NCBI GenBank assembly: GCA_963728915.1
Contig: CAVSLV010000001.1
Span: 352,001 to 416,000, forward strand
Source of the DNA: an uncultured Gemmatimonadales bacterium
Lineage (GTDB): Bacteria > Gemmatimonadota > Gemmatimonadetes > Gemmatimonadales > GWC2-71-9
Direction of reading: 5' to 3'
Length of the DNA: 64,000 nucleotides
Below, in pieces: positions 42,404-53,105 of this stretch (position 1 is the first letter of the stretch; every line of letters starts with the position of its first letter). The notes beneath the pieces were generated by a model. It searched no databases. It was not told the DNA's origin and saw only the letters and a program-made list of their open reading frames with translations. The translations under genes and the position numbers were made by a program.

Positions 42404-42591
42404 GACACCCCCCTTGTGCTGTTCACTCGAGTTGCGCCCATGGGCCAGATCCACGGGCGGCGCCGAAATCACGACGCCCTACAGGAAATGGGGACGGGAA
42501 GGGGCCGCTCGATTGCACGTCGGCGGTGTGAGCAGGTCGCCCGGGGATCGTTTCCCTGACAGAGCCCGAGCAGGAGGAGGTGGTGAATCCC

Positions 42592-43452
42592 GTGGCGAGA
42601 GGCATCTGGAAGGGCACCCTGGGCTTCGGCCTCGTGAACATCGGAGTTGAGCTCTACACCGCCGAGGCGCCGGAGCGGCTCGACCTGGACATGCTCGACA
42701 AGCGGAATCATGCCCGGATTCGCTATCGCAAGGTGAACGAGGCGACCGGGGAAGAAGTGCCCAACGAGGATATCGTCAAGGGATACCAGGTCGAGAAAGG
42801 GAAGTACGTCGAGCTTTCCAGCCAGGAGCTCAAGGAAGCCAATCCCAAGGCGACCCAGACGGTGGACATCATCGGATTCGTTCCGAAGGATGCGGTCCCG
42901 GCGATCTACTTCGCCAAGCCGTACTATGTCGGTCCGCTCAAGGGGAGCGAGAAGGCCTACGCGCTTCTCAAGGCGGTGCTGGAGCGCACCGGGCGGGTCG
43001 CGATCGCCAACGTGGTGATCCGGACCCGGCAGTACGTGGCGGCGGTGTTTCCCCTCGACGACGCCCTGGTGGTGCAGCTCCTCCGTTATCACGACGAGCT
43101 CAGGGAATTCGAATCCGGGGAGATCGACAAGGCGACGGAGGCCGCGAAGGCGCTTCGTCCCCAGGAGCTTCACATGGCCGAGCAGCTGGTCGGGAGCATG
43201 GACATGGAGTGGAAGCCGGAGGAATTCACGGATACCTTCCGGAAGGACGTGCTCAAGATGGTGAAGGCAAAGGCCCGGGGCGCGGTGCACCGGACGCCCG
43301 CGTCCAGGGAAGCTCCGGAGGAGACCTCGGTGATCGACCTGATGGCGGCGCTCAAGCGCAGCGTGGAAGCCCACGGGGGACCCAGGACCCGGCGGTCCCG
43401 CGGCACGGCGCACCGCCGGCCCTCCCGGGCCCGGGCCCGCAAGACCGCTTGA
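42592..43452 (+). CDS. ku: Non-homologous end-joining protein Ku
   Basis: MARGIWKGTLGFGLVNIGV, IVKGY, VIDLMAALKRS and a basic tail; SD GGAGG. Confidence 0.95.
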   Translation: MARGIWKGTLGFGLVNIGVELYTAEAPERLDLDMLDKRNHARIRYRKVNEATGEEVPNEDIVKGYQVEKGKYVELSSQELKEANPKATQTVDIIGFVPKDAVPAIYFAKPYYVGPLKGSEKAYALLKAVLERTGRVAIANVVIRTRQYVAAVFPLDDALVVQLLRYHDELREFESGEIDKATEAAKALRPQELHMAEQLVGSMDMEWKPEEFTDTFRKDVLKMVKAKARGAVHRTPASREAPEETSVIDLMAALKRSVEAHGGPRTRRSRGTAHRRPSRARARKTA

Positions 43453-43453
43453 G

Positions 43454-43981
43454 ATGGGGCTCGCCGAGTACCGGAAGAAGCGGGACTTCCGCCTAACCCG
43501 CGAGCCCAGAGGCGAGACCGCCAGGGCCGCCTCCCGGCTCCGCTATGTGGTCCAGCATCACTTCGCCTCGCGGGAGCATTTCGACTTCCGGCTCGAGCTG
43601 GATGGCGTGCTCAAGAGCTGGGCGGTGCCCAAGGAGCCCGGGACCGGGCCCGGGGAGCGGCGGCTCGCAGTCCAGGTGGAGGACCATCCTCTCGAGTACG
43701 GCTCCTTCGAGGGAACCATCCCGCAAGGACAGTATGGCGCGGGCGAGGTCTTCATCTGGGACAAGGGAGCCTGGACTCCCGAGGGCGATGCCCGGGAGGG
43801 ACTGAAGCGGGGGAAGCTCGATTTCTCCCTGTCGGGCCGGAAGCTCAAAGGGGCGTGGACCCTGGTCCGCATGCGTTCCGGTGCCGGATCGAAAAAGCAG
43901 AACTGGCTCCTGATCCGGCGCGGCACGCCAAAGGCCGGACGACCGGCGCGGCCTGCCCCCAAGCGTGCCCACGCGAAGTAG
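43454..43981 (+). CDS. ligD: LigD 3'-phosphoesterase domain (standalone)
   Basis: YRKKRDF..T.EP, VVQHH.A..HFDFRLE, SWAVPK and EDHPLEY motifs. Confidence 0.92.
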   Translation: MGLAEYRKKRDFRLTREPRGETARAASRLRYVVQHHFASREHFDFRLELDGVLKSWAVPKEPGTGPGERRLAVQVEDHPLEYGSFEGTIPQGQYGAGEVFIWDKGAWTPEGDAREGLKRGKLDFSLSGRKLKGAWTLVRMRSGAGSKKQNWLLIRRGTPKAGRPARPAPKRAHAK

Positions 43982-44927
43982 CGCGGTTCCCCGGTTCATT
44001 CGACCCCAGCTCGCCACGCTGGTCACCGAGGTGCCGGAGGGGTCGGAGTGGATCCACGAAGTGAAGTTCGACGGCTATCGCCTGATCGCGGTGATTGCCC
44101 GGGGCCGAGCCCGGCTCTTCACTCGAAAGGGCCTCGACTGGACCGCCCGATTCCCTGCCGTGGCCGCCGCCTGCTCACTGGTTCGCGCCCGGAACGCCGT
44201 CCTCGACGGCGAGGTGGTGGCGCTCCTCTCGGACGGCCGTTCGTCCTTCCAGGCGCTTCAGCAGGCGATGGGCGGCGGTGGTCGCCCCATTGTCTATTTC
44301 GCCTTCGACCTCATGGAGCTCGACGGTCGCGACCTGCGTCCCGAGCCGCTCGGCGAGCGAAAGAAGCTGCTGGCCGGACTGCTCCGAGGAAGGCGGGGGC
44401 CGGGAGCGCGGGCCCTGCGCTATTCGACCCACCTGGTGGGGCATGGTGAATCGGTTCTCGAGAAGGCGTGCCGGAGGGGACTGGAAGGCATCGTCTCCAA
44501 GCGCCGGGACGCGCCCTATCAGAGCGTGCGCGCCCGGACCTGGCGCAAGATCAAGTGTCAGAGTCGTCAGGAATTCGTGGTGATCGGCTTCACCCAGCCC
44601 AGGGGCTCGCGCTCCGGCCTGGGCGCGCTCCTCCTCGGCGTGCACGACGTTGGCCGGCTGGTCTACGCGGGAAAAGTGGGGACCGGCATGGGTGAGCTGC
44701 TGCTCCGCGGGCTCCGGGACCGGCTGGAGAGCATAACCCGCGCCTCCGCGCCGGTGGAAGGGAAGATCCGGGGCGCCGCCCAGGTGACCTGGGTCGAGCC
44801 GCGGGTCGTGGTCGAGGTGGCCTTCACGGAATGGACCGATGACGGCCGCCTGCGGCATCCCGCGTTCGTGGGGCTTCGCGAAGACAAGCCGGCCCGGGAA
44901 GTCCGGCGGGAGCGCCCGGTCGCATGA
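43965..44927 (+). CDS. ligD: LigD ATP-dependent ligase domain
   Basis: EVKFDGYR (adenylated Lys), LDGEVV, EGIVSKR and LRHPAFVGLREDK motifs. Confidence 0.93.
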   Translation: MPTRSSAVPRFIRPQLATLVTEVPEGSEWIHEVKFDGYRLIAVIARGRARLFTRKGLDWTARFPAVAAACSLVRARNAVLDGEVVALLSDGRSSFQALQQAMGGGGRPIVYFAFDLMELDGRDLRPEPLGERKKLLAGLLRGRRGPGARALRYSTHLVGHGESVLEKACRRGLEGIVSKRRDAPYQSVRARTWRKIKCQSRQEFVVIGFTQPRGSRSGLGALLLGVHDVGRLVYAGKVGTGMGELLLRGLRDRLESITRASAPVEGKIRGAAQVTWVEPRVVVEVAFTEWTDDGRLRHPAFVGLREDKPAREVRRERPVA

Positions 44928-45805
44928 GGGACGTGGCGGGCGTCCGACTTTCCCACCCGGAGCGGGTGCTCTATCCGGAGCAGGGACTGACCAAGATGGA
45001 CCTCGCCCGCTACTACGAGGCGGCGGCGGCGCGGATGCTGCCCCACATGGCCCGGCGGCCCTTCTCCCTGGTCCGATGCCCAGAGGGACAGGCCGGGTCC
45101 TGCTTCTACCAGAAACACTGGAGCGGACCATTGCCGCCCGGGGTCCGGACCGTGACGATCCGGGAGACCCGCGGGGCCGTGCGGGAGTACACCTGGGTGA
45201 AGGACGCTCGTGGGCTGGTGGGCCTGGTGCAGCACGGCGTCCTCGAGTTCCATGTGTGGGGATCGCGAGCCGACCGGGTCGACCGGCCCGATCGCATCGT
45301 ATTCGATCTGGATCCTGCCCCGGGCGTGGCCTGGGGCCGGGTCCGGGAAGCGGCGCGAGAGCTCCGCGAACGGCTGGCGCATTCGGGACTCGATACCTGG
45401 ATCAAGGTTACCGGGGGGAAGGGGTTGCACGTGGTCGCGCCCATCGAGCGCAGGGTCTCGTGGCGGGAAGTGTCCGCCTTCGCGAGAGCCCTGGCCTACC
45501 GGATGTCGGCCGATTCTCCCGATCGGTTTCTCGCCCAAGCCGGCAAGGCCGAGCGAGCCGGCAGGATCTTCGTGGACTGGCTTCGTAACACGCGAGGCGC
45601 AACCTGGATTGCGCCATGGTCTACCCGGGCACGGGCCGGCGCCCCGGTCTCGGTTCCGTTTCCGTGGGACGAGCTGGGACGGATCCGGTCGGGCCATCAG
45701 TTCGGCATCCGGCAGGCGCTGGCCCGGGCCAGGCGAAGCGACCCCTGGGCCGGGATGCTCGAAACCCGACAGCGCCTCCCGGCTCGGGCAGGATCACCCC
45801 GGTGA
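44924..45805 (+). CDS. ligD: LigD primase-polymerase domain
   Basis: LSHPERVLYP, RCPEG..FYQKH, FDLDP, TGGKGLHV and IFVDWLRN motifs; ATGA coupling. Confidence 0.93.
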   Translation: MRDVAGVRLSHPERVLYPEQGLTKMDLARYYEAAAARMLPHMARRPFSLVRCPEGQAGSCFYQKHWSGPLPPGVRTVTIRETRGAVREYTWVKDARGLVGLVQHGVLEFHVWGSRADRVDRPDRIVFDLDPAPGVAWGRVREAARELRERLAHSGLDTWIKVTGGKGLHVVAPIERRVSWREVSAFARALAYRMSADSPDRFLAQAGKAERAGRIFVDWLRNTRGATWIAPWSTRARAGAPVSVPFPWDELGRIRSGHQFGIRQALARARRSDPWAGMLETRQRLPARAGSPR

Positions 45806-45852
45806 CATGGGCGATGCCCGGGGTCGGCATGGGAGGGGCTCCTCCTATATTT

Positions 45853-45915
45853 AGGGGTCGGAGGGTCGGAGGGTGGGCGTTCAGACTTACAGACTTCCAG
45901 ACCTGCCGACTTCCA
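45853..45915. repeat. 8-bp short tandem repeats, G-rich arm plus C-rich arm
   Basis: ggggtcgg/agggtcgg/agggtggg then cagactta/cagacttc/cagacctg/ccgacttc, ending at the tRNA 5' end. Confidence 0.75.
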
Positions 45916-46002
45916 GGACAGGTGTCCGAGTGGCTGAAGGAACCGGTCTCGAAAACCGGCATACCCGCAAGGGTATCGTGGGTTCGAATCCCACCCTGTC
46001 CG
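45916..46002 (+). tRNA. tRNA-Ser(CGA)
   Basis: Acceptor GGACAGG/CCTGTCC, anticodon arm ccggt-ctCGAaa-accgg, long variable arm, GGTTCGAATCC; CCA not encoded. Confidence 0.96.
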
Positions 46003-46006
46003 TTCG

Positions 46007-46153
46007 CTAGATTCGATCGCGCAAGCCCGCCATTCCAAACTGATCGGCGCAACTCGCCCAACAGCACATGGTGGTGTCCGCTTCGGTTCGGCCCCCCAGC
46101 AGGACGTCGAAACTCTTGTCGTACTCGTTGCCGCAATTCACGCAGACCCCCAT
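46007..46153 (-). CDS. Small Cys-rich metallothionein-like protein, apparently internally deleted (48 aa)
   Basis: Strong SD AAGGAGGAG; MGVCVNCGNEYDKSFDV...CCWASC..GMAGLRDRI. Confidence 0.6.
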   Translation of the reverse strand: MGVCVNCGNEYDKSFDVLLGGRTEADTTMCCWASCADQFGMAGLRDRI

Positions 46154-46332
46154 GATCTCCTCCTTATTGTAAGGAATGAGGATGCCTCCTATCCGGTCTT
46201 GCGCACAAGGGTTTGCGGGAGGAGAGGAGCCCCGGCCCGCCGCTTGCATTCGGCTTCTGCGCGGGAATGGGTTCCAGGCGGTGGAAAACGGTTATCCGAT
46301 CAGCCGATGGCCGGGCAATTTGCCGGGAGGAT

Positions 46333-46362
46333 TTGACAGCCAGGCGGGGTTGGTTGTACTAG
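46333..46362 (+). promoter_or_regulatory. Putative topA promoter
   Basis: Perfect TTGACA followed 16-18 bp later by TGTACTAG. Confidence 0.45.
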
Positions 46363-46432
46363 TTTGCCCGGTCGCGAAGGGTTTCCCGCGCTGGAGATCC
46401 TTCGCGTTGCGTTTCCATCCACGAGGAGCGGC

Positions 46433-49030
46433 ATGGCGTCACTGGTGATCGTCGAATCGCCCACCAAGGCGAGGACCATCAAGGAGTTCCTGCCCCGCGG
46501 CTATCGAGTGGCCGCCTCGATGGGTCACATCCGCGATCTCCCCGACAAGGCCGCCGACATTCCCGCCAAGTATAAGGGAGAGGAGTGGTCCCGGCTCGGC
46601 GTCAACGTCGCCAAGGACTTCGAGCCGCTCTACGTCGTTCCCGCCGACAAGAAGAAGGTCGTCAAGGAGCTCAAGGACGCGCTCAAGAACGCCGATGAAG
46701 TGCTCCTCGCCACCGACGAGGATCGCGAGGGCGAAAGCATCTCCTGGCACCTCACCCAGGTCCTGGCCCCGAAGGTCAAGGTGCGCCGCATGGTGTTCCA
46801 CGAAATCACCCGGGAAGCCATTCGCGAGGCGCTGGAAACCACCCGCAAGCTGGACGATCGCCTGGTCCGGGCCCAGGAAACCCGCCGGATTCTCGACCGG
46901 CTCTACGGCTATACGCTGAGCCCGCTGCTGTGGAAGAAGATCGCCTACGGGCTTTCGGCAGGACGGGTCCAATCGGTCGCGGTGCGCCTCCTGGTGCTCA
47001 GGGAGCGGGAGCGCCGGGCGTTCCGGGCTGCGACCTACTGGGATCTCAAGGCCCATCTCAGGCACGACAATCTCGTTTTTAGCGCCGAGCTGATCGCGCT
47101 GGGCGGTGATCGCGTCGCGACCGGCAAGGACTTCGACGAGAAAACCGGGAAGCTCGCGGCGGGCAAGAAGGTGGTCCTGCTCGACGAGGCCCAGGCCGGC
47201 AAGCTTCGCGAGACGCTGCTCAAGAAGACCTGGAAGGTGGTGGGCAGCGAGGAGAAGCCGGGGATCCGGCGCCCCGCGCCTCCCTTTACCACTTCCACGC
47301 TTCAGCAGGAGTCGAACCGCAAGCTCAGGCTCTCCGCTCGCGACACGATGCGGGTCGCGCAGAGTCTGTACGAGAACGGCTACATCACGTATATGCGGAC
47401 CGATTCGGTCAACCTGTCCGCTCAGGCGGTGAGCGCGGCCCGCGGGCTGATCCAGCGGATGTACGGGAAGGAGTACCTCCCGCCCAAGCCCCGCCACTAC
47501 TCCGCCAAGAACGTGCATGCCCAGGAGGCCCACGAGGCGATCCGGCCGGCCGGTTCCACCTTCAAGACGCCGGACCAGACCGGATTGAAGGGCCGGGAAC
47601 GCGATCTCTACGAGCTGATCTGGATGCGGACCGTGGCCTGCCAGATGGTGGACGCCCGGATCACTTCCCTGGTGGTGACGCTCGAAGTCGAGAACGCCAC
47701 CTTCCGGGCGAGCGGGAAGCGCATCGATTTCCCCGGGTTCCTCCGGGCCTACGTGGAAGGGAGCGACGATCCCGAAGCCGCCCTGGAAGACCAGGAAGTG
47801 CTGCTGCCCGACCTCGAGGTGGGCGACCGTCCCGTCTGTACCGGGATCGATGCGTTGTCCCATCAGACCCAGCCCCCCGCGCGGTTCACCGAGGCGAGCC
47901 TGGTGCGAGAGCTCGAGGCCGACGGGATTGGCCGCCCCAGTACCTACGCGAGCATCATCGGGACCATCATCGAGCGGGGATACGTCCAGAAGCAGGGGCA
48001 GGCCCTGGTGCCGACGTTCACGGCCTTCGCGGTGATCGCCCTGCTGGAGCACAATTTTCCCAAGCTGGTGGACCTCAAGTTCACCGCGCGCATGGAGCAG
48101 AGCCTCGACGACATCGCCGAGGGACACGCCGAATGGCTCCCCTACCTGCAGACCTTCTATCTCGGAAAGGAAGGGCTCCAGAAACAGGTGGAGCTGCGAG
48201 AGAAGAAGATCGATCCGGTCGAGGCCCGCACGGTGACGGTCAGCGACCTCGCCGGTGCGACGATCCGGATCGGGCGGTTCGGCCCCTATGTCGAAGTCGA
48301 GCACGACGGGGAGACCGTGCGGGCTTCCCTGCCGGCCGACGCCGCTCCGGCGGAGCTGACGGTGGATCGGGTCGAAGAGCTGCTTCGACAGAAGCGCGAA
48401 GGCCCCGACATCCTGGGTCACCATCCGGAGAGCGGCGAACCGATCCTGGTGCTCACCGGTCAGTATGGCCCCTATGTCCAGCTGGGCCCTGTGACCGACG
48501 AGAATCCGAAACCCAAACGGGCCAGCCTCCCCAAGGGGATGAAGCCGGAGGACGTGACGCTCGACATTGCGGTCGGCCTGCTCGCCCTGCCTCGATTACT
48601 GGGGACCCACTCGGACGGCGGGAAGATCTTCGCGAGCCAGGGCCGCTTCGGACCCTACATCGTCCATCATCGCGCCAGCGACGGCGCCAAGGAGTACCGC
48701 TCCATCAAGGGGGAAGACCACGTTCTCACCATCAAGCTTCCCCGCGCGCTCGAGCTGCTGGCCCAGCCCAAGCAGAGCCGGGGCCGGCGCGCCGGACCGA
48801 CGCCGGTCAAGGATCTGGGCCCCCACCCGGCCGACCAGAAGCCGGTCGCGCTCTATGAGGGACAGTACGGCCCGTACGTGAAGCATGGCACGGTGAGCGC
48901 GTCGATTCCCAAGGGCACCGATCCGAAATCGGTGACGCTCTCGGAAGCGGTGGAGCTCCTCGCGGCACGCCGGGGCCGGAAAGGACCGGCGCGGGCGCCC
49001 AGAGCCAGACGAGCCAAGGCCGCACGCTGA
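46433..49030 (+). CDS. topA: DNA topoisomerase I with C-terminal Topo_C repeats
   Basis: [33 protein letters not shown]; repeated GRFGPY/GQYGPY units instead of zinc ribbons. Confidence 0.97.
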   Translation: MASLVIVESPTKARTIKEFLPRGYRVAASMGHIRDLPDKAADIPAKYKGEEWSRLGVNVAKDFEPLYVVPADKKKVVKELKDALKNADEVLLATDEDREGESISWHLTQVLAPKVKVRRMVFHEITREAIREALETTRKLDDRLVRAQETRRILDRLYGYTLSPLLWKKIAYGLSAGRVQSVAVRLLVLRERERRAFRAATYWDLKAHLRHDNLVFSAELIALGGDRVATGKDFDEKTGKLAAGKKVVLLDEAQAGKLRETLLKKTWKVVGSEEKPGIRRPAPPFTTSTLQQESNRKLRLSARDTMRVAQSLYENGYITYMRTDSVNLSAQAVSAARGLIQRMYGKEYLPPKPRHYSAKNVHAQEAHEAIRPAGSTFKTPDQTGLKGRERDLYELIWMRTVACQMVDARITSLVVTLEVENATFRASGKRIDFPGFLRAYVEGSDDPEAALEDQEVLLPDLEVGDRPVCTGIDALSHQTQPPARFTEASLVRELEADGIGRPSTYASIIGTIIERGYVQKQGQALVPTFTAFAVIALLEHNFPKLVDLKFTARMEQSLDDIAEGHAEWLPYLQTFYLGKEGLQKQVELREKKIDPVEARTVTVSDLAGATIRIGRFGPYVEVEHDGETVRASLPADAAPAELTVDRVEELLRQKREGPDILGHHPESGEPILVLTGQYGPYVQLGPVTDENPKPKRASLPKGMKPEDVTLDIAVGLLALPRLLGTHSDGGKIFASQGRFGPYIVHHRASDGAKEYRSIKGEDHVLTIKLPRALELLAQPKQSRGRRAGPTPVKDLGPHPADQKPVALYEGQYGPYVKHGTVSASIPKGTDPKSVTLSEAVELLAARRGRKGPARAPRARRAKAAR

Positions 49031-49031
49031 C

Positions 49032-51698
49032 ATGGGCGCGCTGACCCGCTGGATCAATCAGTCGCTCCGGCGGAGAATCGCAGTGGTTGTTTCCGGGCTG
49101 GCGCTGCTCCTTGGCGTCGCGATCCTGGCCTTCTCCTCCTTTGAAGTCCTCCGGGTTTCCCGCCATCTCTACGCCGAGCGACTGACCCAGCTGGGCGACC
49201 AGCTTGCGCCCATGCTGAGCCGTACTCCGCTGGATGCCCAGTCCCGGCTGGAACGGCTCGCCGGCAGGTCGGAGCTGGTCCGCTTCGTGACCTCGGGAAG
49301 TCACCCCAACGGGCCCGCCATCGAGGGATTTCTGGTCGAGAACACCGGCGCCGACCCGCGGATCACCGAGGTAGTGACCGGCGCCGATGGCTCGGCCCTG
49401 GCCTATGCCCACCGCCATTCGGTGCCGGATTGGTCAGGGCCGCCGCCCGGCCCCGACTCGCTCAGCGGCATCGGACCGTACCGGGTCCTGGACGACTCCA
49501 CCACCTACTACGACATCCGGGCGCCGATCCGGGAGGGAAGTCAGGTGGTCGGAGCCCTGATCCGCCGGGCGAGGAGCACCCAGACGGAGGCGGGGCGGGC
49601 CACCCTCGAAGGCCTGCTGGGCGAAGGAACCAGTGTGGTGATCGGAAGCCCATCCACCGGCGCGTGGAATGACCTGGCCCGGGTCACGCCCGCGGCGCCG
49701 GCCGCCCTGCTCAACGATCGCGGGGTTTCGATGGTCACCTGGGAAGGACGCCGTTTTCTGGCGTCCGGGTTTCCCATCCCCGGGACTCCCTGGCGCCTGG
49801 TGGTCCGGATCAGCGAGCCGACCGTCGCGGAACCCGCGGCGGGTTACTTCCGCCGCGGCGCGCTCATCGCGCTCTCGGTGGTGCTGCTCGGGGTCGTGGT
49901 CGGGGTGACCCTGGGTCGGACCCTGAGCGCCCCGCTTCAGGAGATCACCGAGGTCGCCGAGCAGATCGCCAGCGTGGAGGACCCCAAGTTTGTCCCGGAG
50001 AATACGCCCGGGGAGGTGGGCCGCCTGGCCCGGGCCTTCAACGCGATGACCGATCGGGTGGCGACGTCGACCCGCCGGCTGCGGGAAAACGAGGCGAGCC
50101 ACCGGGCCTTTGTGAGCTCCACCAGCGACGGGATCTGGCGGCTCGAGTTCGTTCCTCCCGCCAGCACCACCCTGTCCCCCGCGGTACAGATCGAGTCGTG
50201 GTACCACCTCTCCCCCCGCGCCGAATGCAACCAGGCCCTGGTGCGGATGACCGGCCGGGAGCCGGAGGGCGAAACCAGCACGGTTCCTCTCGCTGAGCTC
50301 TTCCCGCCCGAGGACCCCGCGGTGCAGCGCCTGTTTCAGGACTTCGTGCGCAACGGCTACCGGGTCTCCGGCGCCGAGCTGGTGACGCCGGGCCCCAACG
50401 AGTCGCGCCGGATCTTCCTGAACGATCTGGTCGGGGTGGTCGATGCCGGCGGGCTGCGCCGGATCTGGGGCACCCGGCGGGACATGACCCTCTCCCGCAT
50501 GCAGGACGAGCGCCTGGCCCAGACCGACCGGCTGGAGGCGATCGGCCGGCTGGCGGGCGGGATCGCCCACGACTTCAACAACCTGCTGACCGCCATCGTC
50601 GGCTATGCCGAAGCGCTCCAGGAGGAGATTCCCGAGTCCGCGCCCCACCGTCAGGACGCGGTCGAAATCCAGCGCATCGGATTGCGGGCGGCGGAGCTGA
50701 CCAAGCAGCTCCTCGCCTTCAGCCGGGGTCAGGTCATGCGGCCCTCCCTGATCGACCTCAACGCGGTGGTCCGCGCCAGCGAGGGGTTGCTGCGCCGGGT
50801 GCTCACCGAGGGGGTCGACCTCCAGCTTTCCCTCTACGAAGCCATCGACGCGGTGGAGGTGGATCCCGGTCAGCTCGAGCGGGTGATGATGAACCTGGTG
50901 GTGAACGCCCGGGATGCGATGCCCGACGGCGGCGTCATCGAGATCCGCACCGCGCCGGCCCGGCTGGACGAGGCCCACGTCCGGCTCCGGCCCGGGCTCC
51001 GCGCCGGCGAGTACGTGACGCTCTCGGTGCGGGATACCGGGACCGGGATGTCGGACGAAGTCCGTCAGCATCTGTTCGAGCCCTTCTACACCACCAAGCC
51101 CAAGGGGCGGGGCACCGGGTTAGGCCTTTCCACCGTGTACGGCATCGTGCGGCAGAGCGGCGGCGACATCACGGTGGCCAGCGAGGTCGGAATCGGCACC
51201 ACCTTCACCATCTTTCTCCCGGTCAAGGGCCGGATCGCGATCCCCCAGAGCGACGGTCCGATGAGCGCGGTGGGGGGCGGGATCATGACCCTGACCGGGG
51301 AAGAATCCATCCTGGTGGTCGAGGACGAGGCCCCGGTGCGGGAAATCGTGCGGCGGGCCCTGGCGGCGGCGGGATACACCGTGATGGTCGCGTCGGAGGG
51401 GAACGAAGCGCTGGAGATCGAGGCCGGCGGCTCCGCCATCGATCTCGTCCTGACCGACATGGTGCTCCCCGGACAGAACGGCCGGGAGCTGGCGAAAGAG
51501 CTCCGCCGCCGCCGCCCCGAGGTCCGGCTCATGGTCATGTCCGGCTACAGCGACGAACAGGGCCAGGCCCCCGACTCCCTGCCGGAAGGCGCCGTGTACC
51601 TCGCCAAACCGTTTTCGCTCGCGGAGCTCCGGCGCCGGATCCGGGAGGTGCTCGACCGGCCGGTCCGGGTCCGAACCGCTTCCTCCAGCGAAGGCTAG
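49032..51698 (+). CDS. Membrane hybrid sensor kinase (periplasmic sensor, HAMP, PAS-like, HisKA/HATPase, REC)
   Basis: Two TMs, EVGRLARAFNAM, AGGIAHDFNNLL, GTGLGLST and LTDMVLP motifs. Confidence 0.93.
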   Translation: MGALTRWINQSLRRRIAVVVSGLALLLGVAILAFSSFEVLRVSRHLYAERLTQLGDQLAPMLSRTPLDAQSRLERLAGRSELVRFVTSGSHPNGPAIEGFLVENTGADPRITEVVTGADGSALAYAHRHSVPDWSGPPPGPDSLSGIGPYRVLDDSTTYYDIRAPIREGSQVVGALIRRARSTQTEAGRATLEGLLGEGTSVVIGSPSTGAWNDLARVTPAAPAALLNDRGVSMVTWEGRRFLASGFPIPGTPWRLVVRISEPTVAEPAAGYFRRGALIALSVVLLGVVVGVTLGRTLSAPLQEITEVAEQIASVEDPKFVPENTPGEVGRLARAFNAMTDRVATSTRRLRENEASHRAFVSSTSDGIWRLEFVPPASTTLSPAVQIESWYHLSPRAECNQALVRMTGREPEGETSTVPLAELFPPEDPAVQRLFQDFVRNGYRVSGAELVTPGPNESRRIFLNDLVGVVDAGGLRRIWGTRRDMTLSRMQDERLAQTDRLEAIGRLAGGIAHDFNNLLTAIVGYAEALQEEIPESAPHRQDAVEIQRIGLRAAELTKQLLAFSRGQVMRPSLIDLNAVVRASEGLLRRVLTEGVDLQLSLYEAIDAVEVDPGQLERVMMNLVVNARDAMPDGGVIEIRTAPARLDEAHVRLRPGLRAGEYVTLSVRDTGTGMSDEVRQHLFEPFYTTKPKGRGTGLGLSTVYGIVRQSGGDITVASEVGIGTTFTIFLPVKGRIAIPQSDGPMSAVGGGIMTLTGEESILVVEDEAPVREIVRRALAAAGYTVMVASEGNEALEIEAGGSAIDLVLTDMVLPGQNGRELAKELRRRRPEVRLMVMSGYSDEQGQAPDSLPEGAVYLAKPFSLAELRRRIREVLDRPVRVRTASSSEG

Positions 51699-53098
51699 AG
51701 CAGGGTCCCTCGAAGCAGCATCGCCGCCACGGTAAAGAAGATCACGATTCCGGTCACGTCCACCAGCGTGGCCACGAACGGCGCCGAAGCGCTGGCCGGA
51801 TCGAAGCCCAGCCGCTTGAGCAGGAAGGGCAGCATCGATCCGATCATCGCTCCGACCGTCACGACCCCGACCAGGGCGAGACCGACCGTCAACGAGATCA
51901 CCATATAGTGCGCTCCGTAGTCGTACCAGCCCAGCGCCTGCCAGAGCAGGATCCGGAGCACCCCGATGGCCCCGAGCAGGAATCCCAGCGAGAGTGCCAC
52001 CGGCAGCTCCCGGATCGCCACCCTCCACCAGTCCTTGAGCGAGACCTCGTTGAGCGCGAGCGCGCGGATGATGAGCGAGGTGGCCTGGGAGCCGGTGTTG
52101 CCTCCGGAGCTGATGATCAGGGGGACGAAGAGCGCCAGCACCACCGCCGCCGCGATCTCGTGCTCGAAATAGCCCATCGCGGTGGCGGTGAACATCTCGC
52201 CGATGAACAGCGCCGCCAGCCAGCCGGCCCGTTTCTTCAGCATCGCGGGCAGGGTGATCTCGGGGTAGGGGACGTCGAGGGCTTCCATGCCGCCGAACTT
52301 CTGGACGTCCTCGGTTTCTTCCTGAACGATGGCGTCGATCACGTCGTCCACCGTCACGATGCCGAGGAGGCGCTTGTGCTCGTCGATGACCGGGAGGGCG
52401 AGCAGGTTGTACTTCCCGATCATCCGGGAGACTTCCTCCCGGTCCATGTGGGGGTCGACGCTCAGGACTCGACGGGGCTCCCCGATCTGGCCGACCCGCT
52501 CGGCCGGGTCCGCCATGACCAGCTCGCGGAGGCTCACCACGTGGGTCAGCTCCCGGGTGGCCGGGTCGGTGACGTAGATGGCGTACACCGTTTCCTTGCG
52601 GCCGCCCACCTGGCGGACGTGGGCCAGGGTCTGCTCCGCGGTCCAGTCCGCCGGCACGCTGACGAACTCGGTCGTCATGATGCCGCCCGCGGTCTCCGGC
52701 TCGTACTGCAGCAGGAGCCGCAGGGCTTCCCGGGTCTCGCGGGTTAGTGCGCTGAGAAGCCGGGTCCGATCCGCCGGATCGAGCTCCCGGAACAGGTCGG
52801 CCTGCTGGTCGGCCGACATCGCGTCCACCAGGTCGGCGGCGTCCCGGTCCGGCATCTTTGCGATGATCGCCGCGCGGTCGCCGACCAGCTCGGGCTCGTC
52901 GAAGATCTGCACCGCGAGATCGAAGGGCAGCGCGGCCATGACCTTCGCCGCCGCCGTCGGCTCGAGCCCGCGGAGCGCCTCGGCCACGTCGGGCGGCTGC
53001 ATTCCCGCCAGCACAGCCGCGAGCTCGACCGGATCTCCGCAGAGGAGATACAGCAGCTCGGGAGTCGGCTTGACGTTTTCCTCGAGACTGGGAGTCAT
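51695..53098 (-). CDS. mgtE: Magnesium transporter MgtE
   Basis: TAGGIMT, CBS pair, GIVTVDD, SGGNTGSQ and DPASASAPFVATLVD motifs. Confidence 0.95.
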   Translation of the reverse strand: MTPSLEENVKPTPELLYLLCGDPVELAAVLAGMQPPDVAEALRGLEPTAAAKVMAALPFDLAVQIFDEPELVGDRAAIIAKMPDRDAADLVDAMSADQQADLFRELDPADRTRLLSALTRETREALRLLLQYEPETAGGIMTTEFVSVPADWTAEQTLAHVRQVGGRKETVYAIYVTDPATRELTHVVSLRELVMADPAERVGQIGEPRRVLSVDPHMDREEVSRMIGKYNLLALPVIDEHKRLLGIVTVDDVIDAIVQEETEDVQKFGGMEALDVPYPEITLPAMLKKRAGWLAALFIGEMFTATAMGYFEHEIAAAVVLALFVPLIISSGGNTGSQATSLIIRALALNEVSLKDWWRVAIRELPVALSLGFLLGAIGVLRILLWQALGWYDYGAHYMVISLTVGLALVGVVTVGAMIGSMLPFLLKRLGFDPASASAPFVATLVDVTGIVIFFTVAAMLLRGTLL

Positions 53099-53105
53099 CG
53101 CTGGC

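Noticed and set aside
45916..46430. Prophage or ICE integrated at tRNA-Ser
   Set aside because: No integrase, phage genes or duplicated tRNA 3' end seen.
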